Source: an uncultured bacterium
GTDB lineage: Bacteria > Zhuqueibacterota > QNDG01 > DTFT01
Assembly: GCA_963736115.1 (NCBI GenBank)
Contig: CAVTNR010000009.1
Location: 166,051-230,050, forward strand
Direction of reading: 5' to 3'
Length of the DNA stretch: 64,000 bases
In this document: one piece after another, positions 9,464 to 18,466 of the stretch
How positions within the stretch are numbered: position 1 is the stretch's first letter
Layout: every line of letters begins with the position of its first letter
Notes under the pieces: model-generated
Told to the model about the DNA's origin: nothing
What the model saw: the letters and a program-made list of their open reading frames with translations, nothing else
The model's database searches: none
Made by a program: the position numbers and the translations under genes

Positions 9464-10516
9464 TCAGTCCTTTTCAACGGAAAACCGGTATTCGGTCACG
9501 GTCCGGTATTCCTCGCCCGGCCTGAGCGTGGTGGACGGAAATTCCGGCCGATTCGGCGAATCCGGAAAATGCTGGGGTTCCAGGCAGAATCCCGTCCGTA
9601 ATCCGTAGGCTTTGCCGCTCTTGCCGGTCAGGGACCCGTCCAGAAAATTCCCGGAATAGAACTGGATTCCAGGCTCCGTGGTCCACACTTCCATGACCCT
9701 GCCCGAACCCGGTTCGGTCATCCGCACCGCCCGTGACAGGGCGCCGCCCCCCGTGTTCAGTACAAAGTTGTGGTCGTATCCGCGGCCGAGCTTGAGCTGT
9801 TCGTCCGGATCGCCGATGCGCAGTCCCACGGGGCCGGGTTTCGTGAAATCCAGCGGCGTCCCTTTGACCGGCCTGAGTTCGCCGGTGGGGATGAGATTGG
9901 CATTCACGGGCGTGAAGCGGTCCGCATCGATCTGAAGCAGATGCCCCAGGATGTCCCTGCTTCCCTCTCCCGCCAGGTTGAAATACGAATGGTGCGTCAG
10001 GTTCACGACCGTGGCTTTGTCCGTGACGGCCCGGTAATCGATGCGCAGAATCTGCTCGTCCGTCCACCGGAATTCCACGGTCACGTTCAGGTTGCCGGGG
10101 AACTGCTCCTCGCCGTCCGGGCTGACACGCGAAAAAACGACCCCGTCGCCTGAGGCGGAAGGCTCCGCCTTCCATAGCATCAGATGAAAACCCATTTTCC
10201 CGCCGTGCAGGCTGTTCGGCCCGTCATTGGGGGTCAGCCGGATCTCCCGTCCGTCCAGCTTGAAGGCCGCGCCCGCGATGCGGTTGCCGTACCGGCCGAT
10301 GGTCCCGCCGATGAAACAGCCGTTGGTCGCGTATCCGTCCGGGGTGCCGAACCCCAGCGTGACGTCCTCCTTCCGGCCCGCGCGGTCCGGCACGGTCAGG
10401 GAGACCAGCGACGCCCCGAAATCGGTGAGAACGGCCGTGCAACCGTTCCGGTTGGTGAGCTCGAACAGTTCCGTTTCCGTGCCGCCGGACGTCCGGCCGA
10501 AAGGTTTCCGTTGCAT
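9464..10516 (-). CDS. galM: Aldose 1-epimerase (galactose mutarotase)
   Basis: IGRYGNRI, LHGG, NLTHHSYFNL, YDHNF, FCLEPQHFPDSPN; ATG at 10516. Confidence 0.93.
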   Translation of the reverse strand: MQRKPFGRTSGGTETELFELTNRNGCTAVLTDFGASLVSLTVPDRAGRKEDVTLGFGTPDGYATNGCFIGGTIGRYGNRIAGAAFKLDGREIRLTPNDGPNSLHGGKMGFHLMLWKAEPSASGDGVVFSRVSPDGEEQFPGNLNVTVEFRWTDEQILRIDYRAVTDKATVVNLTHHSYFNLAGEGSRDILGHLLQIDADRFTPVNANLIPTGELRPVKGTPLDFTKPGPVGLRIGDPDEQLKLGRGYDHNFVLNTGGGALSRAVRMTEPGSGRVMEVWTTEPGIQFYSGNFLDGSLTGKSGKAYGLRTGFCLEPQHFPDSPNRPEFPSTTLRPGEEYRTVTEYRFSVEKD

Positions 10517-10532
10517 GAGTCTGTTTCCTCCG

Positions 10533-12521
10533 TCAAGATTGGGAATGGTTCGTTCCGGTTGCGCCGAGCGATTCTTCCACGGCCCGGAGCAACGCATTGA
10601 GGTCATAGGGTTTCTGGAGAAAGCGGAATCCCCTCTCCAGGATGATCGGCCACTGTGATTTCTGATCGGTGTACCCGGAACAGAGGAGAATCCGCGTCCC
10701 CGGATACAGCCGGAGGATGTCGTCGGCCAGGTCGATGCCGGTCCGGTCGGAAAGCACGACATCCGTGAACACCAGGTCGAAAGCGCCCTTTTCACGGCGG
10801 ACCAGATCCCAGGCGGATTGAACGCTGTCGGCCACGGTCACGCGGTAGCCGCATTTCAACAGCGCCTTGGCCGCGGATTCGCGGACCTTGTCCTCGTCCT
10901 CCACCAGCAGGATTCTCTGGCCGCGACCCGGACGGTCCGGGGTCCGGGAGCGGGATTCGGAGGCCGGTTCCGCGGGCACGGCCGCGGCGGGCAGGTACAC
11001 GGTGAACACCGATCCCCGGCCGGGCTCGCTCGTGATGTGAACCGCGCCCTCGTGCTGTTTCACGATTCCGTACACCACCGACAAACCCAGCCCGGTCCCC
11101 TGCCCCGCGGGTTTCGTGGTGAAAAAAGGCTCGAAAATATGCTCGATCACGTCCGGGGTCATTCCCGTCCCCGTGTCCGCCACCGACAACACCGCGTACG
11201 ACCCGGCCTTCACGTCGGGCAGGTCGCGGCACTCCCGCTCTCCGAGTACCGCATTGGCCGTCCGTATCGTGACCGTGCCGCCGCCGGGCATCGCGTCCCG
11301 CGCGTTCAGCACGAAGTTCATGATCACCTGCTCCATATTGGACGCGTCCGCCCGCACCGGAAAGAGGGCGGAATCGAGCTCGGTGCGTATTTCAATGTCC
11401 TCGCCGATCAGCCGATGCAGCATGCGGAGCAGGTTCTCGATGATCGGATTGACCGCCAGCGTCCGGAATTCCATCGGGTGCTTCCGGCTGAACAGGAGCA
11501 GCTGTCGGATCAGGCCCGTGGCGCGAAGCGCGGAATTCCGGATTTCCTTGAGCTCGCCGGAGAGGTCGTTTGAATCGTCGGTTTTCATCATGGCGAGGTC
11601 GGCGCTGATCTGAATCGCCGTCATGAGGTTGTTGAAATCATGCGCCACGCCGCCGACCACCGCGCCGATGGCCTCCATCTTCTGCGACTGAAAAAGCTGC
11701 TGCTGAATCTTGTCCTTCTCATCCTCGGCGAGCTTGCGGCCGGTGACGTCCCGGAGACTGCAGAGGACGATGTCCCGGCCCTCGAAACGGGTGCGGCTGC
11801 ATTCCAGCTCCGCGACCGGACCGCGGCCGCCGGCGGAGGAAACCGCGCCCTCGTAGCGCGCGAAACCGTTCTGTTCCAAACGATCGAGGAACAGGGCGTA
11901 CACCGCGGGAAAGGGGATGAACCCGGCCTCCGCCAGGGTGCGGCCGATCACCGAACCGGCGGGCGCGCCGATGAATTCCATGGTGAAGGGGTTGGCTTCC
12001 GTGATGCGTCCCGTTCCCGAATCGAGCAGGAGAATGCCCTCCCGCGCGGTTTCAAAAAGCCATTGGAACCGTTTTTCCGATTCGCGGAGCGCGGTCTCCG
12101 CGCGCCGGCGCGCCTCGGACGAGGAACTGCGCCGCAGGGCGCTTCGGACGGCGCGGGCCAGACGGCCGGGTTCGTCCTTCGGGACGAAATCGTCGGCTCC
12201 GGCCCCGATGCAGTCGAGGGCCTCCGGTTCACGGTCCGGCGAAGCCAGGATGATGAACGGAATGTCCGGATGGTACTGCCGGAGCAGGCGGACGGCTTCG
12301 AGGCATGCGGGCGCGGCCAGGGCGTCGTCGTACAGAATCAGGTCCGTCTGCGATGAAAGCATCTCGCGCAGATACGCGTCCCGGTCCCCGGCCCGCCGGA
12401 TGCGGCAGGACAGACCGGCGGCCGCCAGTTCTCTTTCCGCGGATGAGGCCGTATCCCCGGCCGGGTCCGCAGGCGCGGCCGCGAGTACGAGCACACGGAT
12501 GGTTTCCGCGGGGCCGGTCAT
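10533..12521 (-). CDS. Hybrid sensor histidine kinase (REC-PAS-HisKA-HATPase-REC)
   Basis: QSQKMEAIG..GGVAHDFNN H-box, NARDAM N-box, IFEPFFTTK, GTGLGL, C-terminal ILLVED/TDVVL/KP receiver. Confidence 0.92.
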   Translation of the reverse strand: MTGPAETIRVLVLAAAPADPAGDTASSAERELAAAGLSCRIRRAGDRDAYLREMLSSQTDLILYDDALAAPACLEAVRLLRQYHPDIPFIILASPDREPEALDCIGAGADDFVPKDEPGRLARAVRSALRRSSSSEARRRAETALRESEKRFQWLFETAREGILLLDSGTGRITEANPFTMEFIGAPAGSVIGRTLAEAGFIPFPAVYALFLDRLEQNGFARYEGAVSSAGGRGPVAELECSRTRFEGRDIVLCSLRDVTGRKLAEDEKDKIQQQLFQSQKMEAIGAVVGGVAHDFNNLMTAIQISADLAMMKTDDSNDLSGELKEIRNSALRATGLIRQLLLFSRKHPMEFRTLAVNPIIENLLRMLHRLIGEDIEIRTELDSALFPVRADASNMEQVIMNFVLNARDAMPGGGTVTIRTANAVLGERECRDLPDVKAGSYAVLSVADTGTGMTPDVIEHIFEPFFTTKPAGQGTGLGLSVVYGIVKQHEGAVHITSEPGRGSVFTVYLPAAAVPAEPASESRSRTPDRPGRGQRILLVEDEDKVRESAAKALLKCGYRVTVADSVQSAWDLVRREKGAFDLVFTDVVLSDRTGIDLADDILRLYPGTRILLCSGYTDQKSQWPIILERGFRFLQKPYDLNALLRAVEESLGATGTNHSQS

Positions 12522-13450
12522 CGCCCGAACCTCCACCGGGGCAGGAAACGGAACCACCTGCGTCCGGCCGGAGCGGTCAGGTCCCTCAGCTCCGCGAGCT
12601 TGTCCTCTGCCGCTGATTCGCCCCTGCGGATGATGTCGTCCAGCAGTTCGAAACTGGCCCAGTGGATATTGCCCATTTTCGGCCGTATCACCACGTCCGC
12701 GCCGGACAGATTGGCTTCATTGAGGCGGAAATTCGTGATTTCATCGGCCCGGAACATGACCTCCAGCCCGTTCTTGAATGAAGGCGGCCGCACCAGTTCG
12801 CGGGTCACGTCCACGGCCACGACCTTGTCCGCGCCGAGCCGGCGCGCCTCCTGGACCGGCACCATCTGAACGACTGCGCCGTCCACCAGAAAACGGCCGT
12901 CCTGCTCCACAGGCGGGAACGTGCCGGGAATGCCCGCGCTCGCGGACACGGATTTGCGTATGGAACCCCGACGCAGGGCCACGTCCTCGCCCTTCCACAG
13001 ATCCGTCGCCACGGCCGCGAAGGGGATGCGCAGATCGCGGATATCCTCCTCGTCCAGTAGCGAACGCAGGGCGCTGTCGAGAACGCCGCGCTCCAGCAGG
13101 CCCAGCTCCGAAAACGCTCTTTTGACCATATAGGTCTGTTTCATGAAGGCGTACATCCGGTCCAGGAGCCCCGTGTTCGCGTCGTCCTTGTTCTTGACGC
13201 CGGCCATGCGCCGCGAAAGGTCCCGGTACCGGTCACTGCTGAAATAATTGCGCACGCGCTCCTCAACGGCCCGGGCCGAGCGGAGCTGGGCGTACATCGC
13301 CCCCATGATGGAACCCATGCTGGTTCCCGCGATGCAGGTCACGGGTATCTTCTCGCGTTCCAGCACTTTCAGGACGCCGATGTGCGCGAGGCCGCGAGCC
13401 CCTCCGCCGCCGAGCGCCAGTCCGATGCGGACCGCTTCTTTTTGTCCCAT
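12518..13450 (-). CDS. Patatin-like phospholipase
   Basis: GGGGARG, GTSMG nucleophile, VDGA motif. Confidence 0.92.
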   Translation of the reverse strand: MGQKEAVRIGLALGGGGARGLAHIGVLKVLEREKIPVTCIAGTSMGSIMGAMYAQLRSARAVEERVRNYFSSDRYRDLSRRMAGVKNKDDANTGLLDRMYAFMKQTYMVKRAFSELGLLERGVLDSALRSLLDEEDIRDLRIPFAAVATDLWKGEDVALRRGSIRKSVSASAGIPGTFPPVEQDGRFLVDGAVVQMVPVQEARRLGADKVVAVDVTRELVRPPSFKNGLEVMFRADEITNFRLNEANLSGADVVIRPKMGNIHWASFELLDDIIRRGESAAEDKLAELRDLTAPAGRRWFRFLPRWRFGR

Positions 13451-13503
13451 TCAGGCAACTCCCTCAGACTTCTTTGATGCGGCCCGTGCGGCCGCCCGCC
13501 GGC

Positions 13504-14139
13504 TCATCCCAGCAGCCACCCGAGCACGGTCCGTACCGCGGGCCGCAGAACGCGTTCATTGAGGCCGAATAACATCATAAGCACGATCAATGCGAGCCCG
13601 AACCGTTCCAGCCGGAGAAAGGCCGCGGCGAGACGCGGCGGGAGAAGCCCGACCAGGAGCCGAGAGCCGTCCAGAGGCGGTATGGGAATCAGGTTGAAAA
13701 GCGCCAGCACTGTATTGACAATTACGGCGACCAGAAGAAACCGCGTCAACGGATGGTCGAGTCCGGCCCAGGGCAGAATCAGGCGGAACACCGCCGCGGA
13801 CAGCCCGGCAACCGCGAGATTGGAAAGCGGACCCGCGGCGCCGACGATCGCGAGGTCACGCTTGGGTTTGCGGAAACGCCAAGGATTGATCGGCACGGGT
13901 TTGGCCCATCCGAACAGGACGGGCGAATGCGTGACCGCGAGAAGCGCGGGCAGTATCACGGTGCCCATCGGGTCGATGTGCGGGATCGGATTGAAGGTCA
14001 GCCGGCCCGCTTCCCGGGCCGTGCCGTCTCCGCACCGGGCGGCCGCGGCGCCGTGCGCCACCTCGTGCAGGATCACCGAAAACAGGAGAACCCCGATCTG
14101 CGTCAGAATGTCGGCCAGTTTCAGAATCAAGTGCGTCAC
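13504..14139 (-). CDS. Site-2 protease family (M50) membrane metalloprotease
   Basis: HEVAH and FNLIPIPPLDG motifs; GTG start overlaps the lpdA stop. Confidence 0.92.
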   Translation of the reverse strand: MTHLILKLADILTQIGVLLFSVILHEVAHGAAAARCGDGTAREAGRLTFNPIPHIDPMGTVILPALLAVTHSPVLFGWAKPVPINPWRFRKPKRDLAIVGAAGPLSNLAVAGLSAAVFRLILPWAGLDHPLTRFLLVAVIVNTVLALFNLIPIPPLDGSRLLVGLLPPRLAAAFLRLERFGLALIVLMMLFGLNERVLRPAVRTVLGWLLG

Positions 14140-15542
14140 CGTCTCAGTTTGTGCAGGCATTCGCCCCGGACATCGTGGGCGGCCTCGCACACCGCCTCGG
14201 CCAGAGTCGGATGCGAATGCAGGGTCCCGGCCACGTCACCCGCGGTGAGCCCGAGCCGCACCGCGAGGGCGATTTCCGCGATCAGCTCGGAAGCGTGCGG
14301 GCCGACGACCTGGCCGCCGAGAATACGCTCCGTGGCCGCGTCCGCGACGAGCGCGACAAACCCCTCGGTTTCTCCCGCGGCCGCGGCCTTGCCAAGGGCC
14401 GCCATGAGGAAGCGGCCGGTCTTCGTCTCGATTCCCCTGTCCTCGGCCTCTTTTCCGGTCAGGCCCACGGATGCGACCTCGGGATCGCTGAAGATCGTGA
14501 CCGGCACGGTTCCGTCGTTCGGCGGAAGCGGCCGGCCCATCGCGTGTTCCGCGGCGCGTATGCCCTCGCGGGCCGCGGTGTAGGCGAGCAGCCATTTTCC
14601 AGCCACATCGCCCGCCGCGTACAGGCCCGCGGCCGAGGTCCGGCCGTATTCGTCGGCGCGGATGAATCCGCGTTCGAGCGTCACGCCCGCGGCTTCAAGC
14701 CCGAGGCCCGCGGAATTCGGGGTTCGGCCGGCGCAGACCAGGACTTTTTCCGTCTCCTCGGCACGGCCGTCCGCCAGTTCGGTGACGCAACGTCCGTTCC
14801 GCACGAAGACGGAACGCACCGCGACGCCGGTGTGGATGCGGACGCCCCTCCGGCCCATGGCGGCCGCCAAAGTCTGGCCGGCGCGGCTGTCCATGCCCGG
14901 CAGAATCCGGTCCGCCATTTCCACGATCACGACCCGGGTGCCCAGGGACGCGAACACGCGGCCGAATTCCACGCCCACGGCGCCCGCGCCCACGACCAGC
15001 AGGCTTTCCGGAACCGCTTCGAGTTCCAGCGCTTCGTCGCTGGTGATCACGTGAACGCCGTCGAACGGAAAAATCGCGGGTCTGGCCGGTTCGGAACCGG
15101 TCGCCACGATCACGGCTTTGGATGCGGCCAGCCGGGCTTCTCCGCCTTCGGCATCGCGGACCAGGACGGTGAGCGGTCCGTCCAGTCCGGCGCGTCCCCG
15201 CATGAGCCGGACCCCGCTTCCGGAAAGCAGTTTTTCCACACCGCCGACAAGCTGTCCGACGATCCGTTTCTTCCGCGCCTGCATGGCCGGCCAGTCGGGG
15301 ACCGGCGTTCCGGCCGAGAATCCGAAGGACGAGGCCCGCTTCGCTTTTTCGAACGCCTCCAGGGATCCGATCAGCGCCTTGGTGGGAATGCACCCGCGGT
15401 TGAGGCAGGTGCCGCCGATTTCGCGGTTCTCGACCACGGCTACGGACGCGCCGAGCCGGGCCGCGGCCAGGGCCGCCGAATACCCGGCCGTGCCCGATCC
15501 GAGCACGAGGATGTCGAATGTTTCGACCGGCGTTCCCATCAT
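14136..15542 (-). CDS. lpdA: Dihydrolipoyl dehydrogenase
   Basis: GGTCLNRGCIPTK redox disulfide, GAGAVG, HSHPTLAE. Confidence 0.9.
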   Translation of the reverse strand: MMGTPVETFDILVLGSGTAGYSAALAAARLGASVAVVENREIGGTCLNRGCIPTKALIGSLEAFEKAKRASSFGFSAGTPVPDWPAMQARKKRIVGQLVGGVEKLLSGSGVRLMRGRAGLDGPLTVLVRDAEGGEARLAASKAVIVATGSEPARPAIFPFDGVHVITSDEALELEAVPESLLVVGAGAVGVEFGRVFASLGTRVVIVEMADRILPGMDSRAGQTLAAAMGRRGVRIHTGVAVRSVFVRNGRCVTELADGRAEETEKVLVCAGRTPNSAGLGLEAAGVTLERGFIRADEYGRTSAAGLYAAGDVAGKWLLAYTAAREGIRAAEHAMGRPLPPNDGTVPVTIFSDPEVASVGLTGKEAEDRGIETKTGRFLMAALGKAAAAGETEGFVALVADAATERILGGQVVGPHASELIAEIALAVRLGLTAGDVAGTLHSHPTLAEAVCEAAHDVRGECLHKLRR

Positions 15543-16549
15543 CTTCCTTCCGTCGTATCGGAACCGGACTCGAACCGATGATCCTCCCCCGCGTTCCGTC
15601 GGTTCCGGATCAGCCACTTGGCCACGGTGCTCTTTTTCGTGCCGACCACCACGTCCCTCAGCCCTTCGTACAACTCCGGGTCATTGATCAGGAGCCCGAG
15701 CGTGCCTGCTCCGGTATCCAGCTTGGCGGACACCCTCGCGAGCGAACGGGCGGCCGACTGCAGATCGTTCAGCGTGCCGTCCATGTATTCGGGATCGTTG
15801 ATCAGCCGGCCGAGCGCGCCCCGCTCGCCCTTCAGGTTGGCGGCCGTGATTTTCAGGTCCGCGGCCGCGGACTCGACGTCGGCCAGGGTTTTCCGCAGAT
15901 CCGCCGTGCTGTCGGACATCAGAACGCCCAGCGCGCCCTGGCCGCGTTCCATCCGGTCCAGAATCACGACGAGCCGTTCGGACGCGACGGAGAGGTTGTG
16001 GAGCGTCCGCTTCAGCTCCAGCGGTTCGTTGAGCGCGGTCCCAATGGCGCCGTCGCCATGGTCAATCTTCGAGATGACCCGCAAAAGTCCATCGATGACC
16101 GAGGACGTGCTGTCGACGATGGCGCTCATGCTGGACGACTCGTCCGCCTCGATGAATCCGCCCGCCGGAACAGCCGGCTGGTCGGGGCTTCCCATGGAGA
16201 GCAGAACAACCTTGCCATAGACAATGCTCGCGGAGCCGATCCTCGCGCGGGTGTCCCGCCGGATGCGCTTCGATGCGTCCTTCTGGATCGTGATCTCGAC
16301 CACGATGCGTTTTTCATCCAGCGCCTCGGGGAATCCGATGCGGCTGACATTCCCCACCTCCACGCCGGTCAGCAGGACCGGGTCGCCCTTGTAGAGCCCG
16401 GCCGTGGTGGCGAACTGGATGCGGTAAGAGATCCGGTCGGCGAACCAGTTCTGCGTGCCGCCGATCGTGAACACCACGAACAGGAGGATCACGATCACCG
16501 CGAGAATGAAGGCGCCGACGCGCATTTCCCGTTTCGTGCGAGCGGACAT
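15539..16549 (-). CDS. MlaD/MCE family substrate-binding protein
   Basis: N-terminal VGAF TM, GL..G.PV...GVEVG.V MCE motif, repeated GxLGxLIND helices. Confidence 0.9.
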   Translation of the reverse strand: MSARTKREMRVGAFILAVIVILLFVVFTIGGTQNWFADRISYRIQFATTAGLYKGDPVLLTGVEVGNVSRIGFPEALDEKRIVVEITIQKDASKRIRRDTRARIGSASIVYGKVVLLSMGSPDQPAVPAGGFIEADESSSMSAIVDSTSSVIDGLLRVISKIDHGDGAIGTALNEPLELKRTLHNLSVASERLVVILDRMERGQGALGVLMSDSTADLRKTLADVESAAADLKITAANLKGERGALGRLINDPEYMDGTLNDLQSAARSLARVSAKLDTGAGTLGLLINDPELYEGLRDVVVGTKKSTVAKWLIRNRRNAGEDHRFESGSDTTEGR

Positions 16550-16589
16550 AGTTGCGCTTTCCTTCCGCCGGCCGCGGGGCCGGGGCTTA

Positions 16590-16746
16590 TCGGGTGTCCA
16601 GAAGCCTGGTCATTCTGGTTCCGATTCTTCTGGATGATCGGAGATTGGGCTTCTGGCCACTCCGACGAGTCGAATTTCCCGCCGCTTACGGCGTCGATCA
16701 TCCAAGTTTCTGGTGATCCCGCGCAGCGGGCGGCGGGGTCCTTCAT
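16590..16746 (+). mobile_element. Non-autonomous ~156-bp structured element, copy 1 (IS200/IS605-end-like)
   Basis: Homologous to 18311-18466, 41707-41910 and 47132-47287; CCAGAAGCC...GGCTTCTGG stem, terminal GGCGGGGTCCTTCAT. Confidence 0.75.
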
Positions 16747-17468
16747 CCCTTCAGAAAATCCTGAATGATGCGGTCATCGCTCGCCTGGATCTCGGCGGGC
16801 GTGCCCAGGAACTTGATGCGGCCGCGGTACAGAAAGGCGATGCGGTCCGCGATCGACAGGGCGCTCTGGATGTTGTGCGTGACCACCACGGATGTGACGT
16901 CGAGCTTTTCGTGCACGCCGCGCATCAGCTTGGTCACCCATTTGGTGGTGATGGGGTCCAGCCCCGTGGTCGGCTCGTCGTAGAGCAGGGCCTTCGGCTC
17001 CAGAATGACGGCCCGGGCCAAGGCCACCCGCTTGCGCATGCCGCCGCTGAGCTTGTCGGGCATCATTTTCTCGACGCTCTCCAGCCCGACCATTTTCAGC
17101 TTTTCCCGCACGCGATCGCGGATCTCCCGGTCTGAAAGACGCGTATGCTCCCGCAGGGGAAAGGCGACATTCTCCATGACCGTCAGGGAGTCGAACAGGG
17201 CGCCGTTCTGGAACAGAAACCCGATGCGGCGGCGCCACTCGAGCCAGTCCGCTTCGCCGAAATCATCGCCGGGGCGCTCCTCGAGGTATACGCGTCCCCG
17301 GTCCGGGCTGAGCAGACCCACGATGTGCTTCAGAATGACCGTCTTGCCCGATCCCGATCCCCCGAGTATGACCAGCATCTCCTTCTTGCGGATGAGCACG
17401 GTCAGCCCGCGGAGGACTTCCTTGCCTTCGAAGGACTTATGCGCCTCGTCAAAAAATACGAAAGGCAT
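16743..17468 (-). CDS. ABC transporter ATP-binding protein, MlaF-like
   Basis: GGSGSGKT, LSGGMRKRV, YDEPTTGLDP. Confidence 0.93.
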   Translation of the reverse strand: MPFVFFDEAHKSFEGKEVLRGLTVLIRKKEMLVILGGSGSGKTVILKHIVGLLSPDRGRVYLEERPGDDFGEADWLEWRRRIGFLFQNGALFDSLTVMENVAFPLREHTRLSDREIRDRVREKLKMVGLESVEKMMPDKLSGGMRKRVALARAVILEPKALLYDEPTTGLDPITTKWVTKLMRGVHEKLDVTSVVVTHNIQSALSIADRIAFLYRGRIKFLGTPAEIQASDDRIIQDFLKG

Positions 17469-17474
17469 GTCGCC

Positions 17475-18239
17475 TCACAAAATCACCAGCAGCTTGGTCA
17501 GCGCGTAGTCGGACACGATCACGCAGATCGAGCTGGCCACCACGGCCTTGGTCACGGATCGACCCACCCCCTCCGCTCCCCCGGTGACGCCCAGCCCGTA
17601 ATAACAGCCGATCAGGGAGATGAAAAATCCGAAGAAACCGGCCTTGAACATGCCGTGGAGAAAATCGCCCAGGCCCACCGCGCGGTCCACCTGAGAGAGA
17701 TAGGTGTCGAACGTCATGTGGATGTCCACAAGGCTCACCACGAGCCCCCCGAGTATGCCGACGACATCGGCCACAACCGTAAGCAGCGGGAAGACGATGA
17801 CCGCGGCGGCCACCCGAGGGAACACGAGTTTCTTGGCCGGGCTCGCGCCCATGAGCCGGATCGCGTCGATCTGTTCCGTGACGGCCATGGAGCCGATCAC
17901 CGAAGTGATGCCGGCTGCGACCCGGCCGCCCACCAGAAGCGCGGTGAGCAGGGGGCCGAATTCGCGCGTGATGGCCAGCGCCACGCCGATGCCGATCATT
18001 GCCCGGCCCGCGAAATTCGCCTCGGAATAGGCCACCTGCACGGCCAGCACCATGCCCACAAAAAACGAGAACAGGACCACCATGAGAAGCGACTGCACGC
18101 CGATCTCGTCCATCTGGGCGACGACGGCGCCGAACTCGGACGGACGGCGGAATCCGTATTTCATGGAATCACGCCAGAGCAGGGCGATGCCGCCCAGGCT
18201 TTCAGAGGCGTTTCGGATCATCCGTTTCAGCATGAACAT
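17475..18239 (-). CDS. ABC transporter permease, MlaE-like
   Basis: REFGPLLTALLVGGRV, SMAVTEQIDA, GAEGVG..VT motifs. Confidence 0.93.
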   Translation of the reverse strand: MFMLKRMIRNASESLGGIALLWRDSMKYGFRRPSEFGAVVAQMDEIGVQSLLMVVLFSFFVGMVLAVQVAYSEANFAGRAMIGIGVALAITREFGPLLTALLVGGRVAAGITSVIGSMAVTEQIDAIRLMGASPAKKLVFPRVAAAVIVFPLLTVVADVVGILGGLVVSLVDIHMTFDTYLSQVDRAVGLGDFLHGMFKAGFFGFFISLIGCYYGLGVTGGAEGVGRSVTKAVVASSICVIVSDYALTKLLVIL

Positions 18240-18310
18240 CCGTCCGCGGGCCCGCGGTCCTCCCACGGCCCGGCCTGCGGCCTGTCCGGGAAACGGTCGG
18301 GGCCGGTCAT

Positions 18311-18466
18311 TCGGGCGGCCAGAAGCCTGGTTTCCTGGCACACTTGATCGAGGATGGTGGGAGATTGGGCTTCTGGCCGCTCCGACAAGTTGAATTTTCC
18401 GCCGCTTTCGCCGTACTTCATCCCAGTTTCCTGTAATACCCCACCACTTTTGGCGGGGTCATTCAT
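18311..18466 (+). mobile_element. Non-autonomous 156-bp structured element, copy 2
   Basis: TCGGGCGGCCAGAAGCC...GGCTTCTGGCCGCTCCGA stem; ends GGCGGGGTCATTCAT; preceded by TCAT. Confidence 0.75.

Noticed and set aside
16495-16746. Small homologous ORFs (MKDPAAR..., 16495-16746, 41614-41910, 47132-47425) suggesting a peptide family
   Set aside because: They are translations of the 156-bp element; lengths and frames differ between copies.
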